The notes under the pieces: generated by a model
The model's database searches: none
Seen by the model: the letters and a program-made list of their open reading frames with translations, nothing else
Told to the model about the DNA's origin: nothing
Assembly: GCA_002011745.1 (NCBI GenBank)
Contig: MTOU01000012.1
Coordinates: forward strand, 57,732-121,731
Direction of reading: 5' to 3'
Origin: Nitrospirae bacterium JdFR-85
GTDB lineage: Bacteria; Nitrospirota; Thermodesulfovibrionia; Thermodesulfovibrionales; JdFR-85
Length of the DNA stretch: 64,000 nucleotides
Position numbers and translations under genes: made by a program
Part shown: positions 1 to 9,900 of the stretch, in pieces
Numbering within the stretch: the stretch's first letter is position 1
Layout: each line of letters starts with the position of its first letter

Positions 1-39
1 GACCACCAGTAAGCTGGCAAGACAACCAAAAAGGAGAGG

Positions 40-960
40 ATGACCATAGAGGTAACAATAAAGACAATAGGTCTTACTAAAACCTACAAGGGAAGAAAAG
101 GACGACAGGTTGAGGCCCTTAAGGACCTCAACCTTGAGATTTACAAGAGTGAGATTTTTGGTTTCTTGGGACCAAATGGTGCTGGAAAGAGTACTACAAT
201 AAAGATATTAATGGGATTGATATTTCCTACTGAAGGTAGATTTTTAATAAATGGGATAGAAGGCAATGATATCTCTTACAAGAGATTTATAGGATATCTG
301 CCTGAGAATCCATCTTTTTATGAATACCTTACGGCTGAAGAACTTCTCACTTTCGTGGGTAGAACATTTGAGATGGATGATAAAAAAATAAAAATAGAGA
401 CAGAGCGTCTTTTGAAATTACTTGACCTTTTTGATGCAAGAAAGAGATATATCAGAAGTTATTCAAAAGGAATGGTACAGCGTCTCGGTCTTGCACAGGC
501 CCTTATTCATGACCCTGAAATATTGATACTTGATGAACCAATGAGTGGACTGGACCCTCTTGGAAGAATACTTGTAAAAGATATTATACTGGAACTGAGA
601 GACAGAGGCAAAACAGTCTTTATGAGCACCCATATACTCAATGATATTGAGATACTCTGTGACAGGGTTGGCATCATAGTACAGGGTACCTTAAAGAAGA
701 TCATTAATATGGATGACCTTATGACAAAGGGTATAAGTAGTTATATACTGAAATTTAGTAAGCTCTCCGCAGATATGAGGAATAAACTTAGAGAGTATAA
801 TGCCGTTGAGCTGTCAGAGACGAGATTTAGGGTGTCTAAGGAATACATAACTGATATTCTATACTCATTGAAGCTTGACGAGAATACCGAACTTCGCCTT
901 ATTGAGCCTCAAAGAAAGGGCTTAGAGGTTCTGTTTAAAGAAGTTATAAGGGAGACATAA
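40..960 (+). CDS. ABC transporter ATP-binding protein (ABC-2 exporter type, PilH/XapD-like)
   Basis: Walker A GPNGAGKST, signature YSKGM, Walker B LILDEP, H-loop STH; SD AGGAG upstream. Confidence 0.9.
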   Translation: MTIEVTIKTIGLTKTYKGRKGRQVEALKDLNLEIYKSEIFGFLGPNGAGKSTTIKILMGLIFPTEGRFLINGIEGNDISYKRFIGYLPENPSFYEYLTAEELLTFVGRTFEMDDKKIKIETERLLKLLDLFDARKRYIRSYSKGMVQRLGLAQALIHDPEILILDEPMSGLDPLGRILVKDIILELRDRGKTVFMSTHILNDIEILCDRVGIIVQGTLKKIINMDDLMTKGISSYILKFSKLSADMRNKLREYNAVELSETRFRVSKEYITDILYSLKLDENTELRLIEPQRKGLEVLFKEVIRET

Positions 961-966
961 CCAAAA

Positions 967-1800
967 ATGAGATACTTAAAACTACTTCGCCCTCACCACT
1001 GGATAAAGAATTTGCTGCTTTTTGCTGCTCCCTTTTTTGGTGGAACACTGTTTCGGACAGACAATCTTCTGATGGCCTTTCCTGTATTCCTCGCCTTTTC
1101 TCTCTGTGCAAGCTCAGTATATATCTTTAATGACTTGATGGATATTGAGAAAGACAGACTCCATCCAAGAAAGAGATTGAGACCTATAGCATCAGGAAGC
1201 ATCAGTAAGGATGTAGCCGTAATCTTCGGGATGGTCCTTGTAGTCCCTTCTCTGAGTCTCTCTTTCTATATTTCAGTCTCTTTCTTTAGTTTTATACTTA
1301 CATATATTCTTATACAGGTCTTCTATACTCTTTATTTGAAACATATTCCAATTATTGATATCTTCAGTATAGCAGCAGGTTTTGTTATTAGGGTTCTTGC
1401 TGGTGGTGCTGCCTTTGATATTAAGGTGTCTCCATGGCTTTTCCTTACAATGTTTATGATCTCTGTTGTACTTGCAACAGGCAAGAGACTCTCAGAATCA
1501 GAACTGCTTGAAGATAATGCCTCCTTACATAGAAAAACTCTTATGCATTACTCTGTAAGTACCTTGAAGGAGATTCTCTTAATAGCCTCTGCCTCTTCTT
1601 TGATTACCTATGCTCTGTATACAGTAGAGCAATCACAACAGCTTGTTTATACAGTACCTATAGTCACCTTTGGGCTATTCAGGTATATCCTTATCTCACA
1701 GAAAGGTCTTGGAGATGCTACAGAAGCATTATTTAAGGATAGGTGGCTTGTGTTAACAGTGATTGTATGGTTAACAATAGTGGGAATGATGAGATATTAG
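967..1800 (+). CDS. UbiA-family polyprenyl-phosphate phosphoribosyltransferase (decaprenyl-phosphate phosphoribosyltransferase-like)
   Basis: LRPHHWIKN start, YIFNDLMDIEKDRLHPRKRLRPIASG motif, multiple TM segments. Confidence 0.85.
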   Translation: MRYLKLLRPHHWIKNLLLFAAPFFGGTLFRTDNLLMAFPVFLAFSLCASSVYIFNDLMDIEKDRLHPRKRLRPIASGSISKDVAVIFGMVLVVPSLSLSFYISVSFFSFILTYILIQVFYTLYLKHIPIIDIFSIAAGFVIRVLAGGAAFDIKVSPWLFLTMFMISVVLATGKRLSESELLEDNASLHRKTLMHYSVSTLKEILLIASASSLITYALYTVEQSQQLVYTVPIVTFGLFRYILISQKGLGDATEALFKDRWLVLTVIVWLTIVGMMRY

Positions 1801-1826
1801 AGGTTTTAACTTGAGAAACGGCTGTT

Positions 1827-3158
1827 ATGTTCAGGTATCTCATTATTGAAGACGAGAGAGAGGTTGCATCTTACCTCAAAGAAGTTGTTGAGACCATAGA
1901 AGGGACTGCCTATATCGCCTATACAGGTGAAGAAGCTCTGAGTTTAGCAGAATCCTATATTATAGATATCGCCCTTGTTGACCTAATACTGCCTGATATT
2001 GATGGAATAAAATTGATAGCTAAATTGAGAACAATTTCTCCAGAAACGATATTTATAGTAATAACCTCTGTATATGAGACTCAGAGCATAGTAAATGCAA
2101 TAAAAGAGGGAGCTTCAGAATACATTACAAAGCCTTTTGAACTGACATATCTCCAGAAGGTGTTAAAAACATATCAGGAGTTAATAAACCTTAGAAAGAA
2201 GATTCATACTAAACCGGCAGAAGAGGCCCTTCCTCTGGAGAGAATAGTTGGTGAGAGTCCTCAGATAAAGAATATAAAAAAGATAATTAAGGAGATAGCA
2301 TCTTATGACAGTACGGTCCTGATAACCGGTCCTACAGGGGTTGGGAAAGGACTGATAGCAGAAGCAATACATATGTTAAGCCAGAGAAGGAACGGTCCTT
2401 TTGTGGTTTTTGACTGCACAGTCGTTCCCGAAGGCCTTATGGAATCAGAACTGTTTGGGCACATGAAGGGTGCTTTTACAGGTGCCCATCAGAATAGGAT
2501 AGGCTTAATAGAGAGGGCAGACAGAGGTACCCTTTTTATTGACGAGGTGGGAGACCTTAGTGTTCAACTACAAGCAAAACTCCTCAGAGCTATTGACACT
2601 GGAGAATTCAGAAGAGTGGGAGCTACCAAGGTCAGAAGGGCTGATGTAAGAATTATTGTAGCTACTAATAGAGACCTTGAAGAGATGGTAAAAAGTGGAA
2701 GATTCAGGAAGGACCTCTATTATAGATTGAATGTGATTCATCTCAGAGTACCACCTCTTTCAGAAAGAGGCGAGGATGTATGGCTCTTGGCAAATCACTT
2801 TCTCTCTCTTTATACCAAATCTACAGGTAAAAAGATAAGGGGATTCAGTAAAGAAGTAGAGAAGTTCATAAGAACCTATCACTGGCCTGGAAACATAAGG
2901 GAGCTCAAAAATCTTATTGAGCGGGCTGTGGTGATGTCAGAAGGTCCTTGGATAACCCTTGGAGATCTGGCTCCACCAGTGGAAAGATTACAGCGAGATG
3001 GTTTTGTTTTCCCCAAAGACATAGTTCCTCTCAAAGAGATGGAGAAAAGATATATAGAGTATGTGCTTAAACTCACAGGCAATAATAAATCTCAGGCAGC
3101 AACCCTCCTTGGTATTACAAGAAAAACATTGCGAGATAAACTCAGACGAAGTGGATAA
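1827..3158 (+). CDS. Sigma-54-dependent response regulator (NtrC family; REC-AAA+-HTH)
   Basis: REC with LVDLILP, Walker A GPTGVGKG, ESELFGH..GAFTGA, WPGNIREL, C-terminal Fis-type HTH. Confidence 0.95.
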   Translation: MFRYLIIEDEREVASYLKEVVETIEGTAYIAYTGEEALSLAESYIIDIALVDLILPDIDGIKLIAKLRTISPETIFIVITSVYETQSIVNAIKEGASEYITKPFELTYLQKVLKTYQELINLRKKIHTKPAEEALPLERIVGESPQIKNIKKIIKEIASYDSTVLITGPTGVGKGLIAEAIHMLSQRRNGPFVVFDCTVVPEGLMESELFGHMKGAFTGAHQNRIGLIERADRGTLFIDEVGDLSVQLQAKLLRAIDTGEFRRVGATKVRRADVRIIVATNRDLEEMVKSGRFRKDLYYRLNVIHLRVPPLSERGEDVWLLANHFLSLYTKSTGKKIRGFSKEVEKFIRTYHWPGNIRELKNLIERAVVMSEGPWITLGDLAPPVERLQRDGFVFPKDIVPLKEMEKRYIEYVLKLTGNNKSQAATLLGITRKTLRDKLRRSG

Positions 3159-3187
3159 TTTCTACCCAATTGGATAGTTTTTAACCA
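3152..3187 (+). promoter_or_regulatory. Tandem imperfect palindromes, candidate enhancer (UAS) for a sigma-54 activator
   Basis: TGGATAATTTCTACCCA (3152-3168) and TGGATAGTTTTTAACCA (3171-3187), both TGGATA-N5-TAMCCA, about 100-135 bp upstream of a -24/-12 element. Confidence 0.65.
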
Positions 3188-3287
3188 CCAATAATTGCTG
3201 TATAAGATTGACTTTGGTATAAGATAATTTGTATGCTTTAGTCTAACTCTTGGATTTTTAAAGGATTTTTATGTTTTTTAAGGTTAA

Positions 3288-3302
3288 TGGTATGATTCTT
3301 GT
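3288..3302 (+). promoter_or_regulatory. Sigma-54 (-24/-12) promoter
   Basis: TGGTATGATTCTTGT = GG-N10-GT versus consensus TGGCAC-N5-TTGC; AT-rich tract between it and the UAS. Confidence 0.65.
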
Positions 3303-3351
3303 TTTAAAAATATAAACTATTTAATAAACATTAATGGGAGGTAGTGGGCTT

Positions 3352-3591
3352 ATGATGAATTGTTGGGAGTTTAAAAAGTGTGGAAGAGACAAAACAGGTG
3401 ACTGTCCTGCCTATCAGAAGAGAGCAGGAAAGATATGCTGGCTGGTAGCAGGTACCATGTGTGGTGGTAAACCACAGGGTACATTTGCCCAGAAGATATC
3501 CTCTTGTATGGAGTGTGATTTCTATCAGTACATACATGAAGTGACTAAAAAGTCCAAGAAAGAATCCCAAAAAGAGTCTAAGAAGATGTAG
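3352..3591 (+). CDS. Stand-alone two-CW domain (Cys-rich) protein
   Basis: NCWEFKKC..CPAY..CWLVAGTMC..CMECDFY pattern; SD GGAGG at 3337-3341 favours ATG 3352 over 3334. Confidence 0.8.
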   Translation: MMNCWEFKKCGRDKTGDCPAYQKRAGKICWLVAGTMCGGKPQGTFAQKISSCMECDFYQYIHEVTKKSKKESQKESKKM

Positions 3592-3600
3592 TTACAAAAC

Positions 3601-3624
3601 TTACCTCCCGAGGAAGGGAGGTGA
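3601..3624 (+). promoter_or_regulatory. Hairpin sequestering the SD of the downstream kinase gene
   Basis: TTACCTCCC-GAGGAA-GGGAGGTGA: 9-bp stem with one G-U; SD GGAGGT (3617-3622) lies 8 nt before GTG 3631. Confidence 0.55.
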
Positions 3625-3630
3625 CGAGGT

Positions 3631-6600
3631 GTGTTCTTGAAAAGTCTTACCACAAGGCTCGTCTTGGTAGCTGCACTTCTTAGTATTCTGGTGTTAACTG
3701 TTGTCTTTTTTTATGACTACAGGAAACACTGGAGAATCATGGAGAATACTCTCAGCCACTTATTAGAAAAAAATTTAATGTTAATAGAAAAGATTGTTAA
3801 AACAAAAATAGTTGAACATAATATTGAGGCTCTTAGAGATGAACTAAAAATGTTTAAAGATGTAGGACTTTTGAAAGGAATTTATATTTTTGATAACACA
3901 GGGAGTGTCTGGTTTGCTGATAAGGAATTAGAAGGCTTTCTTCCTCCTTTCTTGTCCGGTGTCTGTGTAGAATGTCATGGAGCTATCTCTGAAAATATTC
4001 CTACAATTGCAACTGTTGAGTTTAAGAGGACATCAGAATGTATGGGTTGTCATGGTGAAGGAGATACCCCTATTGGCTATGCCACATTACTTATTGAACC
4101 TCCTCCAATGTTAAATCTGAGTGTAACTACGGAAAGAGGCCTCTTGATAGGATATATAGGAATCGTTTTTATATTTATAATTTTTGGTGGCTATATCCAT
4201 TATTCGATAAATAGACGTCTTAGGAGATTGAGGAATGGGGTTTTAGCCTTTGATCCTAACAAATGGGAACCTTTTAAAAGAATGGGAAGGGACGAGATTG
4301 GTGAGATTGCATGGTCTTTCAACAGGATGGCAGAAAGGATGATACAGCATGAGAAGGCTATTGAAGAATCCAGAGCATATCTCAAGAATCTGTTTGATAA
4401 TATCACTGATATGGTAGTTGTGATTGATCGTGAATATACCATCCAGTATATAAATGAGCCTACCTTAAGATATCTTGGTAAATCAGAAGATGAAGTGCTG
4501 GGCAATAAATGTTACAGAGTATTTCATAATGCTGAAAAACCCTGTTCTGAGACAGTTCCTGAAGAACACTGTGGTCTAAAAGAAGCATTCTCAGGCAAAC
4601 AGGTACATACTGTGCATATGCATCATACCAAGGCAGGGAAAAGATGCTATTCTGTTAGATATCTACCTTTTTACATGAATGAAGAAATACCTTATGTGAT
4701 AGAAATTGCCACTGATATTACAGAGTCTCAGAGACTACAGAAAGAGATAAAGGTCTTTAAGGCCTATGCAGAGGAGCTTCAAGGGATAAATACGCGTGAG
4801 GAATTTTTTGAAAGACTTGTAAGACTTGGAATAGAGGTTCTGGAAGCGGATGTATCCCTTGCTTCTCTTATAAATGGGCATAATGGTAAAATGCGTTTTC
4901 ATAAAAAACTTACAGATAAGAGCAATGTTGAGAGAGACCTGAGAAGTATAGACCCTGAAGAGTGTATCTCAGTGTTTGGTATAAAATCAGGGAAGCCTTT
5001 TGTGTCTGAAAGCCTTGAGGGTTTTCCTCAAAGTAGATTAAAAGAGGTTCTGAAGAGTTTAGGATTTGAGACCTTGGTATCTATCCCTCTGAAAAGAACA
5101 GGGAAAGTGGTAGGAGTGTATAATCTTCTTTACAAAAAGAGAGGTATATTTAGAGAATCGGATAAAGAGTTTTTGAATCTTCTCACTGAAAATATAAACA
5201 CTGTAGCAGACAGAGTATGCCATTATGAAGACCTTAAATCCCAGACCGAGAGGCTTAATGCATTAATCAATACTGTGGAAGTGCTTGCTGGTTCTGTAGA
5301 GCTGGATGATGTACTCAAGGCAATAGTATCCTCCACTGTAAAAATTCTTAAGCCCGATGTGGCTACTGTGATGCTCTATAATGATGAAAGAAATATATTG
5401 ATCCCTGTTTCTGTCCACGGGATTGAAAAGGCAGTTTATGATGGATTGTATATACATCTTGATAAGATCGACTTAAAGTTTGACCCTAAAGACAATACTT
5501 TCAGCAGTCTAAATATATTCAATGAGAAAAAGTGGGCACCATTTCATGGTATTGCTTCCATGATAGAGATGAAGTCTTTTTATGCAAGATGCTTTTTTAA
5601 TAAGAAGGGTGAAAAGATGGGGGTATTAATTGGTTTGTGGAAGGAAGAACATCTACCAAGTTTTGACGAGATAGAACTATTTAATGCATTCAGTTCCTTT
5701 GCAGAGGTTGCCCTTGAGAAGGCTATTCTCATGAAACAGATCATCACAGAGCAGAAGCACTGGGAGGAGACCTTTAATGCCTTTTCTGATCCTCTCTTTA
5801 TTACTGATAGAGAATTCAAAATCCTCAAGGCCAATAAAGCCTTCTATGAGTTTTGTAAGATTAAAGAAGATATTACAGACAAGAAATGCTATGAGATTGT
5901 TCACAAACAGGAAAACCCGCTGAAAGACTGTCCCCATTTTGAGACTATAGAGAAAGGAGAGACTGCTATACGTGAGATGGAAGATCGAGCAAGGGGGATA
6001 ACCGTTCTTTACACTACCTCACCTATCTATGGTGAGACAGGGGAGGTTCAGAGCATAATTCATAATATCAAAGACATTACATTTGTAAAGAAGATGGAAA
6101 GAGAAAGAGAAGAACTCCATCAGCAACTCCTTCATGCCCAGAAGATGGAATCTATTGGTACACTCACCGGTGGCATAGCCCATGACTTTAATAATATACT
6201 TACTGCAATAATGGGTCATGCAGAGCTTGCAAGGCTGAAATCAAGAGACTCTTCCATAGAAGGTAATCTTGAGATGATAATAAGTGCTGCTGAAAGGGCA
6301 AAGGAGTTTACAACACAGCTACTTCTGTTTGGCAAAAAGGCTCCAATGGACAGAAGGGTTTCTGACCTGAATCATGTTATTGAAGAGTCGTTGAGGTTGC
6401 TTAAAAGAATCATAGGAGAGGATATTGTAGTGGAATTTAAAAAGGGAGAAGAACCTCTTTATGTTAATCTTGACAGAGCGCAATTTACACAGGTATTGAT
6501 GAATCTATGTGTTAATGCAAGGGATGCTATGCCAGAAGGAGGTAGTCTAATAATAGAGACAGGCAGAAGGATTGTTCAGAGACCTCCATATGGGAAACGG

Positions 6601-7257
6601 AGTGGCGAATATATAATTTTAAAAGTCTCAGATACGGGCGTTGGAATACCAGAAGACATAAGAGACAGAATATTTGAGCCATTCTTTACCACAAAACCAG
6701 AAGGCAAAGGAACAGGACTTGGCCTGAGTGTGGTTTACTCAGTGGTGGACGCCCATGATGGTTTTATAGAGGTGTACTCAACTGTGGGTAAGGGAAGTAT
6801 TTTTGAGATATATCTACCAGGAGTTGATTTCTATGGAACGATTGCTGAGAAGGTGATAAAAGAGGAAACCCTTCCAAGTGGTAATGAACATGTTCTTCTT
6901 GTGGATGACGAGGAGATGATAAGAGAAACAGGGGCAACTATTCTGAAGACTCTGGGTTATAGAGTAACAGTTGCCTCCTCTGGTGAAGAGGCATTACAGT
7001 TGTTCAAAGCAGACCCTGAAGAATATGATATTGTAATCTCTGACCTCATCATGCCAGGCATAAGAGGTTCAGAACTTTATGACGAGATAAGAAAGATCAA
7101 GGATGTACCCTTTGTTCTTATTACAGGATATGGAAGACACTTTCTAAAGGATGCCCAGATGTATAGTTTTAATGGAATAATAGAGAAACCTTTTAATGTA
7201 AAAGAGCTTGCCTACAGGTTGAGATATATACTCGATAGAATTAAAAGAAAATCGTAA
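3631..7257 (+). CDS. Hybrid sensor histidine kinase: periplasmic di-heme c domain, HAMP, PAS, 2 GAF, PAS, HisKA/HATPase, REC
   Basis: Two TMs flank CVECH and CMGCH; [17 protein letters not shown]; H-box GGIAHDFNN; NARDA, DTGVG, FFTTK, GTGLGL; C-terminal REC (VDDE, SDLIMP, KPF). Confidence 0.92.
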   Translation: MFLKSLTTRLVLVAALLSILVLTVVFFYDYRKHWRIMENTLSHLLEKNLMLIEKIVKTKIVEHNIEALRDELKMFKDVGLLKGIYIFDNTGSVWFADKELEGFLPPFLSGVCVECHGAISENIPTIATVEFKRTSECMGCHGEGDTPIGYATLLIEPPPMLNLSVTTERGLLIGYIGIVFIFIIFGGYIHYSINRRLRRLRNGVLAFDPNKWEPFKRMGRDEIGEIAWSFNRMAERMIQHEKAIEESRAYLKNLFDNITDMVVVIDREYTIQYINEPTLRYLGKSEDEVLGNKCYRVFHNAEKPCSETVPEEHCGLKEAFSGKQVHTVHMHHTKAGKRCYSVRYLPFYMNEEIPYVIEIATDITESQRLQKEIKVFKAYAEELQGINTREEFFERLVRLGIEVLEADVSLASLINGHNGKMRFHKKLTDKSNVERDLRSIDPEECISVFGIKSGKPFVSESLEGFPQSRLKEVLKSLGFETLVSIPLKRTGKVVGVYNLLYKKRGIFRESDKEFLNLLTENINTVADRVCHYEDLKSQTERLNALINTVEVLAGSVELDDVLKAIVSSTVKILKPDVATVMLYNDERNILIPVSVHGIEKAVYDGLYIHLDKIDLKFDPKDNTFSSLNIFNEKKWAPFHGIASMIEMKSFYARCFFNKKGEKMGVLIGLWKEEHLPSFDEIELFNAFSSFAEVALEKAILMKQIITEQKHWEETFNAFSDPLFITDREFKILKANKAFYEFCKIKEDITDKKCYEIVHKQENPLKDCPHFETIEKGETAIREMEDRARGITVLYTTSPIYGETGEVQSIIHNIKDITFVKKMEREREELHQQLLHAQKMESIGTLTGGIAHDFNNILTAIMGHAELARLKSRDSSIEGNLEMIISAAERAKEFTTQLLLFGKKAPMDRRVSDLNHVIEESLRLLKRIIGEDIVVEFKKGEEPLYVNLDRAQFTQVLMNLCVNARDAMPEGGSLIIETGRRIVQRPPYGKRSGEYIILKVSDTGVGIPEDIRDRIFEPFFTTKPEGKGTGLGLSVVYSVVDAHDGFIEVYSTVGKGSIFEIYLPGVDFYGTIAEKVIKEETLPSGNEHVLLVDDEEMIRETGATILKTLGYRVTVASSGEEALQLFKADPEEYDIVISDLIMPGIRGSELYDEIRKIKDVPFVLITGYGRHFLKDAQMYSFNGIIEKPFNVKELAYRLRYILDRIKRKS

Positions 7258-7261
7258 GTTT

Positions 7262-8032
7262 TTATTGTTTCTTATCTATGAGTTTTATTATCTGTTCTGC
7301 CTTTATTGCGCCGTTTACTACTCTTCCATCCCCAAATACAATAGTAGGTGTACTTCTGATTCCAAGCCTTTCGGCAAGCTTTATATTTTTGTCAATTGCA
7401 TCTGTCTCACAGTCTGGCTCTGGAATAGACTTCTTTGCATATACATCTTCAAGGAGCTTTATCGCCTTTTCATTTGATTTCCGCTTTTCACAAACTATTG
7501 TCTTTGATTTACTGTACGCCTGAGGATGAATGCTTGTGAGGGGAAACATTTTTAGATAGAAAACAATATCATCTCTCATCTCTAAAACCCTCTTCATCTC
7601 CTGATGAAGTTTAGCACAGTAAGGTCAGTCAGGGTCATCAAAGACAATTACCTTGTGCTTTGCCTCTGGATTGCCCATTACAAGGGCATCATCAAGAGGA
7701 ATTTGGGATACGTCTATTTTGTTTATCTCATTATATTTTTCCTTTGTAATATTTTTACGTGTCTGGAGATCGATTATTGAGCCGAGGATGATATTTTTTC
7801 TCTTGTCATCCATATAGACAATAGACTTTCTCCCACTTACCTCAACCACTATCTCCCATAATCCATCAACTACTGCCTTCTCTACTGACAACACCTTTGC
7901 ACCAGGTACAAGTTTCTGCAGTACCTTTGTCGCCTCTTCGACAGTGAGATTATTTGCAGAATTAGTAGAGCTTACTCCATAAAAACCAAAAATTAAAATA
8001 ACAAATAAAAAAATAGCTAATTTTCTCTTCAT
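7262..8032 (-). CDS. dsbC: Selenocysteine-containing DsbC/DsbG-family thiol:disulfide isomerase (UPYC active site; in-frame TGA at 7625-7627)
   Basis: ORFs 7625..8080 and 7262..7597 share a frame and read VFDDPD-TGA-PYCAKLHQEMKR; signal peptide, DsbC N-terminal domain and GIRSTPT cis-Pro loop present; SD AGGAG before ATG 8032. Confidence 0.88.
7582..7614 (-). promoter_or_regulatory. Bacterial SECIS-like hairpin
   Basis: mRNA CUAAA-CUUCAUC-AGGA-GAUGAAG-AGGGU-UUUAG: perfect 7-bp apical stem, G-containing loop starting 22 nt after the UGA, extra lower stem. Confidence 0.7.
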
Positions 8033-8104
8033 TCGGTTTCTCCTTTCAGTTTTAATTTTACTAAAAATAAAGTCTAACATTCAAATATGAAAAAAATATG
8101 AATT

Positions 8105-9061
8105 CTAAGTTATTCTCTTATAAGCCTCCATAACCAGTTCTTTGAGTGTTGCTATAAGCAGCTTAGAGGTATTGAGAGACTCTGTTCTTTCCAGTGCAAC
8201 ACCATATCTGTCTGCTAACTCTCTGTAGAGGATGTCAATCTCATAAAGGGTTTCGATATGATCAGAAACAAAGCTTATAGGTACAACCAGTATCTTCCTT
8301 ATCCCTTCTTCAGCTGCCTCTACTATAACCTCGTCTGTTGAGGGTTCAAGCCATTTCATAGGTCCACTTCTGCTCTGAAAGGCGAGTCTATATAATAAGG
8401 CTCCATACTCCTTGGAGAGCCTTTTCATTACCAGTTCTGTGGTAGTTTTAATTTCATCCAGATAGGGGTCTCCCTCTTCAATAAACTTTACTGGAAGACC
8501 ATGGGCACTGAATAAGATAAGAGTATCCCTATCTTGTTCTAATTTCGCTTTTATCTTCTCAACTAATGCTTCTATATAAAGGGAATGATTATGCCACGAG
8601 TCTATACCTGTGTATTTGAGTCCTTCCTTTATACATGCTCTTTTAAATACTGACATGGCAGAGTAGGTTGTGGCTCTGCTGTAATGAGGATAAAGACTCA
8701 ATCCAATAAGCCTTTTACAACCCTCTTCTGAAGCTTTTTTTACGCTGTCTTCGATAAAAGGATGCCAGTATCTCATTCCCACATAAACGGGAATATCTCC
8801 AATATCTGTTAGTTCTTTCTGGAGTGCCATTGCCTGTTCAGAAGTAATTTTCAAGATTGGGGAACCGCCTCCTATCAGAGAGTATGCCTTTTTTGTCTTT
8901 GGAGCCCTTAGAATGGATATCATCCATGCCAGAGGTTTCTGAAGGGGTTTTGGTCCCAAAGGAATTATATCCCTATCTGAGAATAGATTGAAGAGAAAGG
9001 GTCTTACAGCATCAAGGCTATCAGGACCTCCAAGATTCAATAGCATCACTCCTGTCTTCAT
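8105..9061 (-). CDS. hemH: Ferrochelatase
   Basis: LLNLGGP, GGGSP, MRYWHP, FSAHGLP, FQSR, SDHIETLYE motifs. Confidence 0.95.
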   Translation of the reverse strand: MKTGVMLLNLGGPDSLDAVRPFLFNLFSDRDIIPLGPKPLQKPLAWMISILRAPKTKKAYSLIGGGSPILKITSEQAMALQKELTDIGDIPVYVGMRYWHPFIEDSVKKASEEGCKRLIGLSLYPHYSRATTYSAMSVFKRACIKEGLKYTGIDSWHNHSLYIEALVEKIKAKLEQDRDTLILFSAHGLPVKFIEEGDPYLDEIKTTTELVMKRLSKEYGALLYRLAFQSRSGPMKWLEPSTDEVIVEAAEEGIRKILVVPISFVSDHIETLYEIDILYRELADRYGVALERTESLNTSKLLIATLKELVMEAYKRIT

Positions 9062-9900
9062 TTAGCCTCCATAAAAATTCCTTCCTTAAATATGGGTATC
9101 AATCCTTCCTCTGATGCCTTCAGTAGCAGTCTCCTTATAGCCTCTTCACCTTCCTCACCAAGCTGAAGGGTGAAATCGTTTACATAGGTCTGAATGTGTT
9201 TGTCTATGACATCATCACTAAGTTCTTGAGCATAGGATTTTATATACTTCTTAAGACCAGGAGGATTGCTATAGGCGAATTGTATACTTTTTTTTATCAG
9301 ATTCTCAATCTCCAGCATCTCGTCCTTAGGAATTGTACTCTTTACCATTATTCCTCCCAAAGGAATCGGCAGACCTGTTTCCTCTTCCCACCACTGGCCA
9401 AGATCAACAATGAGCCTTAATCCATACAGTGGATAAGTGAATCTGCCCTCATGGATGATTACCCCAGCATCTACAACCCCCTTTTTTACACTCTCCATTA
9501 TCCTGAAGAAGGGCATTTCAATGGTGTTCTTAATCAGGTCTTTGTTAAAAAGCCCCAGTAGCAGGGCTGCTGTGGTAAGTCTACCAGGTATCGCAATCCT
9601 TCTGCCAATTAGATCTTCTATATCAAACTCCTCTTTTACCACAATTAAAGGACCACAGCCTCTACCCACTGCAGCACCTGACCTGAGAAGCTTATATTCC
9701 CTCAGCAGATAGCCAGTGGCATGTATTGAGACCTTTACCACATCCAGGTGTCCTTTCAATGCAAGCCTGTTCAGTGTCTCAATGTCTTCAATCCTCTCTC
9801 TGAATATGAACTTATTACTGCCTATCCCCCCTTTTATGAGACCATAAAATATGAAAGTATCATTTGGACAGGATGAGAATCCTATATCCAGTTGTCTCAT
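9058..9900 (-). CDS. mqnD: 1,4-dihydroxy-6-naphthoate synthase (futalosine pathway)
   Basis: SSCPNDTFIF, GRGCGP, IIHEGRFTY, DLGQWW, PIPLG motifs. Confidence 0.92.
   Translation of the reverse strand: MRQLDIGFSSCPNDTFIFYGLIKGGIGSNKFIFRERIEDIETLNRLALKGHLDVVKVSIHATGYLLREYKLLRSGAAVGRGCGPLIVVKEEFDIEDLIGRRIAIPGRLTTAALLLGLFNKDLIKNTIEMPFFRIMESVKKGVVDAGVIIHEGRFTYPLYGLRLIVDLGQWWEEETGLPIPLGGIMVKSTIPKDEMLEIENLIKKSIQFAYSNPPGLKKYIKSYAQELSDDVIDKHIQTYVNDFTLQLGEEGEEAIRRLLLKASEEGLIPIFKEGIFMEAK

Noticed and set aside
7262-8080. dsbC as a nonsense pseudogene or two separate genes
   Set aside because: The stop is TGA exactly at the catalytic Cys, both halves are intact, a SECIS-like hairpin follows and selB is present
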